From a virus, in the IMG/VR virus record IMGVR_UViG_3300013382_000003, positions 1-36,652 of that record: a stretch of 36,652 bases of DNA; one strand, given 5' to 3'. Each line of letters begins with the position of its first letter. Position 1 is the stretch's first letter. This document shows, one piece after another, positions 1 through 7,330 of the stretch. The notes beneath the pieces are model-generated. The model was given only the letters and a program-made list of their open reading frames with translations, did no database searches and was not told where the DNA came from. Both the position numbers and the translations under genes were made by a program.

Positions 1-435
<435 letters not shown>

Positions 436-441
436 GAGCCC

Positions 442-480
442 TTAAAGGCGCCATTAAAGGCGCCTAGAAAACGCCTTTAA
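442..480. repeat. Three TTAAAGGCG sites (two tandem direct, one inverted) at the 5' border of the rRNA-like fragment
   Basis: TTAAAGGCGCC at 442-452 and 454-464; the inverted copy AAAACGCCTTTAA lies at about 468-480. AGGCCT-agcaa-AGGCCT follows at 494-510. Confidence 0.6.
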
Positions 481-1012
481 AAAAGACGTTTCAAGGCCTA
501 GCAAAGGCCTATCGAAAAATCTTGTCAAGTGTTTTTCGAAAAAATTTTTTCAGCAACTTTCGAACAGAAAAAAGCCGATAAAATCGGCGTATTTTGCAAA
601 ACGCGAACTTTTCGGTTATGTAAAACGGATATAATTGTGAAAGGGTTTACATTTAGGCCGTTTCCGAAGGATCCCGAAAAATGGCGGGAAGTCCGTTTTG
701 GGGGGTCAGCCCTTTTCTCGGAAGGGCGGAAATTTATTTTTCAGGAAAAAAGAAAGGGCCCCTCCCAGAAAGGCAGGAAGGGGCGTTTGAAAATGCCGTG
801 GGACGGCAGGCAATTCCGTCCGAGAAAGGATAGGCATTCTTCGGAAAGGCCGTGGAAAAAAAGCCAAAAGCGGCCCTCTTCCATTCTACCACGGAAGACT
901 CGCTTCTTCCTTCCTTTCCTGCCTTTTTCCCTTTCCGGCGGCGCTTCCGCATCCAATCGGCAAAGGAAGGGGGTACCCTACCTTCCGGAAACCGCATTTT
1001 TGGGAGAGGGGG

Positions 1013-1165
1013 TCACTCCTTCTTCTTGAACGGATGGAGAAGCTTTCCCAGGAAGCGGAAAATGGCCCATAGGATGACGCAGGCATAGGCGCCGTACTGG
1101 AGCGCCTCCTTGATCCATGGGGTGCCGTTCCACAGCTCCACGAACCGCTTCACGAACTCGCTCAA
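1013..1165 (-). CDS. Small membrane protein (hypothetical, 50 aa, TTG start)
   Basis: Below the ORF-track length cutoff. The TTG start overlaps the upstream TGA (TTGA). The translation SEFVKRFVELWNGTPWIKEALQYGAYACVILWAIFRFLGKLLHPFKKKE contains one hydrophobic helix. The SD is weak. Confidence 0.35.
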   Translation of the reverse strand: MSEFVKRFVELWNGTPWIKEALQYGAYACVILWAIFRFLGKLLHPFKKKE

Positions 1166-1362
1166 ATCGCCACCGCCTTTCCCGGTCTTATCTCCCAGCC
1201 CTCGCCGATGTCGCCCTCCTTGGCGAGGATCGCCTCCATCGCATCGTCCATGTTCTCCATCGCGGAGAGGGGATAGCGTGACTCATAGGTCACGCCTCCC
1301 AGCATTCCCTCGACAAGGGAGGGACGGCATTTCACCAGGGCATAGTCTATATAGAATCTCAT
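1162..1362 (-). CDS. Hypothetical protein (66 aa)
   Basis: ORF 1162..1422 trimmed to the Met at 1362 (MRFYIDYALVK...), which is preceded by GGAGGATGCT. Confidence 0.55.
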   Translation of the reverse strand: MRFYIDYALVKCRPSLVEGMLGGVTYESRYPLSAMENMDDAMEAILAKEGDIGEGWEIRPGKAVAI

Positions 1363-1434
1363 AGCATCCTCCAAGGTTAGGTTAACCCATGGAGGAATCC
1401 AACGTAAAGGAAAAAGGGGCAAACGCCCCTTCCA

Positions 1435-1986
1435 TTATGCGATGGCCGAATATTGGGCCACTTTCGTCTCGGTACCCCACTCATAACTGGTAAAATCGAC
1501 TACGGTCGCCCCGTCGGACGCTTTATTCGGCCAGCGGCGGTATTCCCACAATTTCCCGCTTTTCCAGGAATAGACGAACTCATCATGGGGGCACATCATG
1601 GTGAACAGGGTGAAGCTCGAATAGGGAATCCCTTCCTCGATTTCGCCCGTGGCCGTTCCATCGGTGTCCGAGCCTTCGTAGAAGGGGTAAGTGTCAATGT
1701 CGATGAGGCCGTTGCCGGCTGAAAAGGTCTTGAAGCCTATGAAAAGGGCCTTGCTTCCGTCGGTGAGGGCGACTTCCACGGCGTTCTTCGGATATTCGAG
1801 CTTGCTTGTGACGAAAGAATCCTTTGTTCCCACGGTCTCATCTGCCACGATGTCCTTGAAATTGAAGTACACATAGTCCAGTCTCGCCGTGAACGAACCG
1901 AACGTCCCCTGCTTCTTCCCGCATCCCGCAAGCCTGACAAGCGAGGCGAAAAGCATGGACAGCGCCGTTGTTTTCCTCTTTCCCAT
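1435..1986 (-). CDS. Phage-encoded lipoprotein
   Basis: The N-terminus MGKRKTTALSMLFASLVRLAGCGKK has a basic n-region, a hydrophobic core and an LAGC lipobox. Confidence 0.75.
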   Translation of the reverse strand: MGKRKTTALSMLFASLVRLAGCGKKQGTFGSFTARLDYVYFNFKDIVADETVGTKDSFVTSKLEYPKNAVEVALTDGSKALFIGFKTFSAGNGLIDIDTYPFYEGSDTDGTATGEIEEGIPYSSFTLFTMMCPHDEFVYSWKSGKLWEYRRWPNKASDGATVVDFTSYEWGTETKVAQYSAIA

Positions 1987-2021
1987 CCTGTTTTTTTCCT
2001 TTCCCTAAGATTCTACCACAT

Positions 2022-2480
2022 TCAGAATGTGCCCTTCTCCTTGTTCCCCGCGTCGAGTGCGCGTGCCATCGCACGGTCGTACTCCACGGAGGAGATGAGC
2101 TTCCCCTTCCTTTCGTACAGCCACTGGCAGAGCGTCCACTGGGGAAAGCCGTCCTTGGCGGGAAGCCACCTCTCGAACGTCCCGCGCACCATCATGAGGA
2201 CTTCCTCGTCGCCGTTCGCAAGGACGTTCCAGCGCCTTGTGATCCCGAAGGTCGAATAGAGGAACTCCTCCGCCTGCGTTCTAGTGAACGGACGGTCCTC
2301 CTTCCACGCAAGGCGCCAGGACTGGGGGGAATCGCGCCCGCTCCGCCCCTTCTTCCGCTCCCCCCTTATCTTCCTCGTATGGGCCATCCCCCGCCTTGTG
2401 AAGGCAAGGAACAGCCCGACGGCGAGGAGGACAAGCGATATGCCGAAGAGGACCCAGAACGCGGCTACCATAGCCCCCAT
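2022..2480 (-). CDS. N-terminally membrane-anchored hypothetical protein
   Basis: A hydrophobic helix AAFWVLFGISLVLLAVGLFLAF is followed by a basic stretch. The gene is in series with its neighbours. Confidence 0.6.
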   Translation of the reverse strand: MGAMVAAFWVLFGISLVLLAVGLFLAFTRRGMAHTRKIRGERKKGRSGRDSPQSWRLAWKEDRPFTRTQAEEFLYSTFGITRRWNVLANGDEEVLMMVRGTFERWLPAKDGFPQWTLCQWLYERKGKLISSVEYDRAMARALDAGNKEKGTF

Positions 2481-3256
2481 TCCGCGAACTTCTCGAATCC
2501 GCCCGCCGCCTTCATGTAGTTCCGCGCAAGGGAGACGATTTCGGAATACGGTCTGCCGTCTACCGTGTCGTCCCCGATGGCACAGCAGAGTTCAACCGGC
2601 TTGCCCCTCTTCTGCGCCTTGAGGAACGCATAGATGTTCACGCTTACGTCCGCCTTGGACAGGTCCTTGCCGTGGAGCCCTCCGCCGGTCACGGAGTCCG
2701 CCATGTCCGAGCCGAGCTTACGGTTCGTGGCGCCGGTGTCGACGTCGGTGCCGCCGGTCCAGTATCCGAGGGGGTTGATCTCGGCATCGGGGAATTCCTT
2801 CCGGAGCTCCTTTTCCGTGGCATGGCTCTGGCAGATGATGAGGCGCTTCCCCAGGTCAAGGATGTACTTCCCGTCATAGGGATGCTCCGAATAGATTCCG
2901 CGTGCGATGGCGGACAGGCGCTTCTGTTCGATGGTAAGGGGCATCCCCTTGAAGATGCCGTTGTCCCCGCACCGGAGGCCGTGCGCCTGGTTCTCCGCAA
3001 GCTCGCCGTCCTGCGGGACGGGGACATAGTCCACGCCTCCCGCCCCTATCCCCGAGATTCGTTCCACGGCCCTGCACACGGCATCGGCAGGCACCCTCAC
3101 GGACGATTCCGCTATGATGTGGCACTTCCCGTGGCCTATGAGCACCTCAACGGCGATTCTCGGATCCTTCTCCCTCTTATACGCGAGGTCGACCACCGCC
3201 CCCGCGATTCTGTCCGCCACCTTGTCAGGATGGCTAGGATTCACCTTCTCGATCAT
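2465..3256 (-). CDS. metK: Minimal S-adenosylmethionine synthetase (methionine adenosyltransferase, MetK-like), 263 aa
   Basis: ORF 2465..3400 trimmed to MIEKVNPSHPDKVADRIAG. Its ATG overlaps the upstream stop (ATGA at 3253-3256) and follows GGAAAGGAAAG. MAT motifs present: HPDKVADRI, CGDNGIFKG (cf. GAGDQG), NPLGYWTGGTDVDTGATNRK, and GGGLHGKDLSKADVS (cf. GGGAFSGKDxSKVDRS). Confidence 0.85.
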   Translation of the reverse strand: MIEKVNPSHPDKVADRIAGAVVDLAYKREKDPRIAVEVLIGHGKCHIIAESSVRVPADAVCRAVERISGIGAGGVDYVPVPQDGELAENQAHGLRCGDNGIFKGMPLTIEQKRLSAIARGIYSEHPYDGKYILDLGKRLIICQSHATEKELRKEFPDAEINPLGYWTGGTDVDTGATNRKLGSDMADSVTGGGLHGKDLSKADVSVNIYAFLKAQKRGKPVELCCAIGDDTVDGRPYSEIVSLARNYMKAAGGFEKFAEWGLW

Positions 3257-4068
3257 TCTTCTCTTTCCTTTCCGCGGGGCATGTACTTCCCCGCAAGTTC
3301 CGCCTTCCTTCCCGTCAGCCCTTCCCACCGCTCGACGATCACGGCGCAGTAGCCCTCGTCGAGCTCCATCCTTCTGCATCTTCTTCCCGTCTCCTCGCAC
3401 GCCAGCAGGGTCGATCCCCCTCCCCCGAAGAGGTCGAGTACCGTGTCCCCCTGATAGGTGGTGTTCTCGATGGCCCTCTTCGCCAGCTTCACCGGCTTCT
3501 GGGTCGGATGCCTGTACTGCTCCGGGCTGTCAGGGTATATGTCCCAGACCGCATCGATCCGTCCCCCGGTGAGGCAGTGCCCGCAGTGGCTTACGAGGAT
3601 TAGCTCGTAGGTGTTCTTGAATGTCCGCTTAAGGTCACCGAGCCCCCCGTTCAGCCCGCATTTGTTCCAGACCACCCTGTTGGTCAGTCTGTAGTATCTT
3701 TCGAAATACGGAAGCCACATGTCAAGCACCTTCCACGTGGTGCAGACGAACACGAACCCGTCCACGCATTCCTTTGCGACGGGCAGGAAGTCCAGCAGCG
3801 TATCGTCGTTCTCTATCTTCCGGAAGCGGTGGCATGTCCTACCAGTCGGTGTTTTCCGATTTGCATTGTTCGACTGGTAGGACATGCCGTATGGCGGATC
3901 GGTGAACAGCCTCCCGCATTTCTCCCCCCCCGTCAGGTACCTTACCTGCCCCATGTCGGTCGAGTCCCCGCACATGAGGAGGTGGCTTCCAAGCTTCCAC
4001 AGCTCGCCTCTTTTCGGCTTTGGATGCTCCTCGCGGAACAGCATCCTCTGGCCTTCTTCCCCTCTCAT
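3253..4068 (-). CDS. DNA methyltransferase, beta class (N6-adenine or N4-cytosine)
   Basis: FTDPPYGMSY (motif IV) lies upstream of LDLFGGGGSTLLACEETGR (motif I), with an N-terminal LLMCGDSTD. Start set at 4068, after the upstream stop at 4088; 4044 is also possible. Confidence 0.85.
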   Translation of the reverse strand: MRGEEGQRMLFREEHPKPKRGELWKLGSHLLMCGDSTDMGQVRYLTGGEKCGRLFTDPPYGMSYQSNNANRKTPTGRTCHRFRKIENDDTLLDFLPVAKECVDGFVFVCTTWKVLDMWLPYFERYYRLTNRVVWNKCGLNGGLGDLKRTFKNTYELILVSHCGHCLTGGRIDAVWDIYPDSPEQYRHPTQKPVKLAKRAIENTTYQGDTVLDLFGGGGSTLLACEETGRRCRRMELDEGYCAVIVERWEGLTGRKAELAGKYMPRGKEREE

Positions 4069-4087
4069 TCCCTGCGTTCCCCCATTG

Positions 4088-4324
4088 TCACTCCCACCCC
4101 ATCCGCCAGACCGTGACAACGCCGGAGGCCGTGTCATAGGCACACTGCCACCCGTTAAGGTCGAGGCGGAAATGCTCGGCGACCTTCTTTATGTCCGCGG
4201 CACGCTCCCCGCTCACCTCCCCGGAGAAGCGCCTTCCGCTTCCGTTCCGGGCAAGGAACTCGGAGAGGAAGCCGATGAACTCGACGTCCTTCTTCGAAGT
4301 GTAGTATTTTTTCGGCATTCCCAT
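4088..4324 (-). CDS. Hypothetical protein (78 aa)
   Basis: ORF with a GAAAGGAAAGG SD upstream of the ATG at 4324. Confidence 0.55.
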   Translation of the reverse strand: MGMPKKYYTSKKDVEFIGFLSEFLARNGSGRRFSGEVSGERAADIKKVAEHFRLDLNGWQCAYDTASGVVTVWRMGWE

Positions 4325-4339
4325 GATGTCCTTTCCTTT

Positions 4340-5048
4340 CTAGAACAGCTTCATCTGTTCGTCCTCCCCTTCCGCCGTCTTCCCGATGCGCTCCCTTGAC
4401 GCCTTCCAGAACCGCTCCTCGATCTCGAAGCCGAGGAAGTGCCGTCCGAGCTTCTTCGCGGCGGCGCATGTCGTCCCGCTTCCGGAGAAGGGGTCAAGCA
4501 CGACCCCCCCCCGCATGGGAGGAATTGCGGATGAGGTTCTCTATGATGTCCTGGGGCTTTGCCGTGGGATGGCCCCATTTGTCCTTCTCGAGCATCCCCT
4601 TCTTCAGGTACACGGTTCTCCCTGTCTTGTAGGATATTTCCGGGTTGACCCCGGTCTCCCAGAAGTAGAGGCAGTATTCCTTGTCCTTGAGGTAGTGTCC
4701 ATTGCAGAACGGCGTGGGATTCTCCTTCGCCCATATAATCCTTTCCCAGTTGCATCCCCTTCCCTTCACGAAGTAGGTCAGGTAGTCGTATATCTGTTCC
4801 TTGTTGCACCAGACGTAGATGTTGGTCTTCTTCATCACTCTCACAAGCTCGTCCAGTATCGACATGTCGAAGCCCCGGCATATGTCCTTCATCATGGAGT
4901 ACATCTTCCGCTGTCCGAAGATTCCTGCGTCCTTCAGCACGCTCCCGAACTGATACGGAGGGTCGGTCACGATGAGGTCGACGGACTTGTCTGGCACCTC
5001 CTTGATCAGCCTGTAGGAGTCCCCGAGGACTATCGTGTCAATGTCCAT
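4340..5048 (-). pseudogene. Second beta-class DNA methyltransferase, interrupted by one extra base in a G9 tract (frameshift; possibly phase-variable or a sequencing error)
   Basis: The N-terminal part (from the Met at 5048: VTDPPYQFGS ... [14 protein letters not shown]) ends as HAGGGRA-stop directly after nine G on the coding strand. The adjacent frame continues [32 protein letters not shown] to the stop at 4340-4342. Removing one G gives an intact 235-aa enzyme with motif IV then motif I. Confidence 0.8.
4504..4512 (-). repeat. Homopolymer G9 (C9 on the plus strand) at the methyltransferase frameshift point
   Basis: Counted directly: cgaCCCCCCCCCgcatg. Confidence 0.95.
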
Positions 5049-5358
5049 CGGCCGCCGCCATCCCTTCCTCGACCACCATCTCGGTTTCAACCACGGAGCA
5101 AAGCTCCTGGGCCGTGTCGATGGCGTAAAAAGGTTCGTCCTCGTACCGGTCCGTCTCTATCTCGGACATCGCCTTGAGCACAGGCTTGAGCGCCTTCGGA
5201 CACTCTTCGGCAATAAGGCCGAAAAGGCATGCGTAGAACTCGCTCTGCTTCCTTTCCATGAGGAGCTCGCTGAAGCCCACGTAATCCGGATAGCCTTTCG
5301 CCCTGTTCTTCATCATCGTTCTGAATCTTTCCTGCTTTTCCGCATTGATTTTTGCCAT
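5038..5358 (-). CDS. Hypothetical protein (106 aa, acidic C-terminus)
   Basis: ORF in series in the early operon. Confidence 0.55.
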   Translation of the reverse strand: MAKINAEKQERFRTMMKNRAKGYPDYVGFSELLMERKQSEFYACLFGLIAEECPKALKPVLKAMSEIETDRYEDEPFYAIDTAQELCSVVETEMVVEEGMAAADGH

Positions 5359-5362
5359 TTCC

Positions 5363-5692
5363 CTAATCCCCGTTTACGATTCCGCCCATATCGACCGCGT
5401 ACCTGTCCAACGCGCCGTCCGCCAGTGCCTTACCGTAGAACTTACGGAAACGCATGTCGCAGGCGTCGCACCAGCTCTCCATCCCTATCGACCTTATCTT
5501 CCCTTTGCCGTTTGTACCGACCTCGATGAGGACGGCGTCCGAGCATCTGCCCTCCTCCAGGAAGGAATAGGCGTTGTAGACCACGTAGGCGTTCTCCTTC
5601 GCGTCCGTCCATTCCCCCTTGGTCACGTAGGTGCCGTCCTTCGCCCATAGCCCCATCGAGGCAACGTATTGGAAAATGTCCTCTATTGTCAT
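5363..5692 (-). CDS. Hypothetical protein (109 aa)
   Basis: ORF 5363..6130 trimmed to MTIEDIFQYV, preceded by GGGGGTAAGGAC. The upstream extension is Arg/Gly-rich junk that overlaps the next gene. Confidence 0.6.
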   Translation of the reverse strand: MTIEDIFQYVASMGLWAKDGTYVTKGEWTDAKENAYVVYNAYSFLEEGRCSDAVLIEVGTNGKGKIRSIGMESWCDACDMRFRKFYGKALADGALDRYAVDMGGIVNGD

Positions 5693-5703
5693 GTCCTTAC
5701 CCC

Positions 5704-6030
5704 CTAGATGATGTAGAGCCGTGTCCGGGGCGAGACCTTCCGGAATATGTCCTCGAAGTTCATCTTCGCCGCATCGTCCGCGAATATGCTTTCCGTCACG
5801 GCCATGGCCTCCGGCTTCCTCTCCGCAAGGCGTTCCCTTGCCGCCTCGTCTATCGGCGTCTTCTGGAAGCAGCAGAGAAGCCGGCGCCCGTCGACCATGT
5901 AGTAGGTCGCCCCTGTCTCGCTCCCCGGTATCACCTCGCCCACCGGTATCCCGTCGTCCCCTGTGAACTGGCAGGCATAGTCGGTGCGGACTGCGTTTTC
6001 CGCCCTCTGGGGCTTCGCTTCCCGTTCCAT
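5704..6030 (-). CDS. Hypothetical protein (108 aa)
   Basis: ORF in series. Confidence 0.5.
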   Translation of the reverse strand: MEREAKPQRAENAVRTDYACQFTGDDGIPVGEVIPGSETGATYYMVDGRRLLCCFQKTPIDEAARERLAERKPEAMAVTESIFADDAAKMNFEDIFRKVSPRTRLYII

Positions 6031-6032
6031 GG

Positions 6033-6551
6033 CTATTCCCCCTTCCTTTCCGTCCGATGGGCCGAGGCGGGGTTTTTCGCCCTGTCTCCGCCGTATCTGA
6101 GTTCGATGACGGTCTTAGGTTCACTTCCATAGCGTTTCTCCGCCGAAAGGAGGCACACCTGGCTGTCGTCCAGCCATGCCACGCCGTTGAGGGCGTCCAT
6201 CACCATCTTGCAGAGATTGTCGATGTCGGGCTTCTTCGCCATTGCCTCCTCCCCGGAGAGCTTCCGCCTGCCGGACTTGGACGGCGTGCCGTCCTTCTTG
6301 AAGTCCGACTTCAGGAGGGGGAAGACGAAGGCAAGGGACAGGGACACCGCCCCCGCATACGCCTCCACCTTCCCGCACTGCTTCCGCAGGTAGCTCCGGA
6401 CGTCCGCCTTGTAGCTCGTCTGGAGCTTGTCCTCGAACATCGAGGCGTGTCCGAACCGCACGGTCGCACGCGCCCGCTTCCACGCCATGGGCACGCCCGG
6501 CACCTCGAACGAAATCCGCTTACCGTCCATCGTGCGTGATGCTGTACTCAT
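6033..6551 (-). CDS. rusA: RusA-family Holliday junction resolvase
   Basis: KPDIDNLCKMVMDALNGVAWLDDSQV and the overall size match the RusA family pattern. Confidence 0.8.
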   Translation of the reverse strand: MSTASRTMDGKRISFEVPGVPMAWKRARATVRFGHASMFEDKLQTSYKADVRSYLRKQCGKVEAYAGAVSLSLAFVFPLLKSDFKKDGTPSKSGRRKLSGEEAMAKKPDIDNLCKMVMDALNGVAWLDDSQVCLLSAEKRYGSEPKTVIELRYGGDRAKNPASAHRTERKGE

Positions 6552-6747
6552 ACTCTTCCTGGAGGTCCACCACCTCGTCCACGGCTTCCATCGCCTTGGA
6601 AAGGGCCTCGATGGCCTCCTCCGCCCCCGTTCTCAGGTCGTACGCCTCTTCGTCGTTCTCGTCCCCCGGGGTCTCAGAGAGCTCCTCCAGGATGTCGTAG
6701 ACGTCGTCCAGCCTCTCCCGTGCGTCCTTTGCATCGCCTAAGCACAT
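6520..6747 (-). CDS. Hyper-acidic small protein (75 aa)
   Basis: ORF 6520..6894 trimmed to MCLGDAKD, preceded by AAAGGAGGAAAC. I count 26 D/E and 6 K/R in 75 aa. Confidence 0.6.
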   Translation of the reverse strand: MCLGDAKDARERLDDVYDILEELSETPGDENDEEAYDLRTGAEEAIEALSKAMEAVDEVVDLQEEYEYSITHDGR

Positions 6748-6749
6748 GT

Positions 6750-6911
6750 TCAGTGTTTCCTCCTTTTCCGTGCCTCGCCTCTTAGCCCGTAGGTCTTTTC
6801 CCTGGCCTTGAGGTTCTTCTTCCGCCAGCGTCCCAGCTCCTTCCCGTCCATCATCGACCGGAGCACGTCCTCCGCCAGGAGGTACAGCTCCCAAGCCTCG
6901 GCTGGGTTCAT
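6750..6911 (-). CDS. Small basic protein (53 aa)
   Basis: Below the ORF-track cutoff. The ATG overlaps the upstream stop (ATGA at 6908-6911). Translation: MNPAEAWELYLLAEDVLRSMMDGKELGRWRKKNLKAREKTYGLRGEARKRRKH. Confidence 0.45.
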   Translation of the reverse strand: MNPAEAWELYLLAEDVLRSMMDGKELGRWRKKNLKAREKTYGLRGEARKRRKH

Positions 6912-7330
6912 TCCGTCCCCTCCCCTATCTTCTCAACCGTAAGTTCCATCCTTGCGCCGCGGTATGGCACCATGCCCGGCATGTGGCTGTACGCGTCGAG
7001 CGACTTCTTGTACAGCGCCGGGAGCCCTAGGCCCCCTTCGCCGCACGTCTCGTATATCTCCCGGGGGTTCCGGAACGTGTATTCCTTCCCTTCCCCTCTG
7101 AGCACGATCACGTAGCCCCAGTAGGTGAACTTCCCCGAGAACACTTCCCTGGAGGCAGGCCTGGAAAGGATGTCCGCCCTTTCCCCGCAGGTCGCCCCCG
7201 TCACCTCGGCAAACCGCTTCCAGAACTCCGCCGGACGCGTCTGGCCTCCGGCCACCGCCCCGCGGACGTACCGCATGCCGTATCCCATCGCATCGGCGAG
7301 CCCCGCGAAGTCGTATCCCTTGAGCACCAT
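6908..7330 (-). CDS. Hypothetical protein (140 aa)
   Basis: ORF 6908..7450 trimmed to MVLKGYDFAG; its ATG overlaps the upstream TAA (TAATG). Confidence 0.55.
   Translation of the reverse strand: MVLKGYDFAGLADAMGYGMRYVRGAVAGGQTRPAEFWKRFAEVTGATCGERADILSRPASREVFSGKFTYWGYVIVLRGEGKEYTFRNPREIYETCGEGGLGLPALYKKSLDAYSHMPGMVPYRGARMELTVEKIGEGTE

Noticed and set aside
632-641. TATAATTGTG shared with the repressor promoter (13113-13122), and the 12-mer GGGATCGCGGCG shared between 418-429 and 36205-36216
   Set aside because: Exact repeats of 10-12 nt are expected by chance many times in 36 kb, and nothing in the context supports them.
529-1029. 166-aa plus-strand ORF in the island
   Set aside because: The translation is Lys/Arg/Phe/Pro-rich and low-complexity, with no SD and no codon periodicity. 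It is more likely non-coding.
1435-2480. Spanin pair (TM protein plus lipoprotein) implying a Gram-negative lysis cassette
   Set aside because: The lipoprotein is 183 aa and not embedded or overlapping. No endolysin or holin is adjacent, and the TM protein lacks an obvious periplasmic coiled coil.
2672-3352. 226-aa plus-strand ORF
   Set aside because: It lies antisense to the MetK-like gene, which has unambiguous enzyme motifs.
3257-3400. N-terminal extension of the MetK-like ORF (and similar extensions at 5693-6130, 6748-6894, 7331-7450, 9321-9413 and 34721-34846)
   Set aside because: The extensions are Arg/Gly-rich, overlap the upstream gene and lack an SD. Internal Met codons with an SD and ATGA/TAATG coupling give sensible proteins.
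4386-5177. 263-aa plus-strand ORF
   Set aside because: It is the antisense shadow of the second methyltransferase gene. It has a Pro/Arg/Leu-rich composition and no recognisable motifs.
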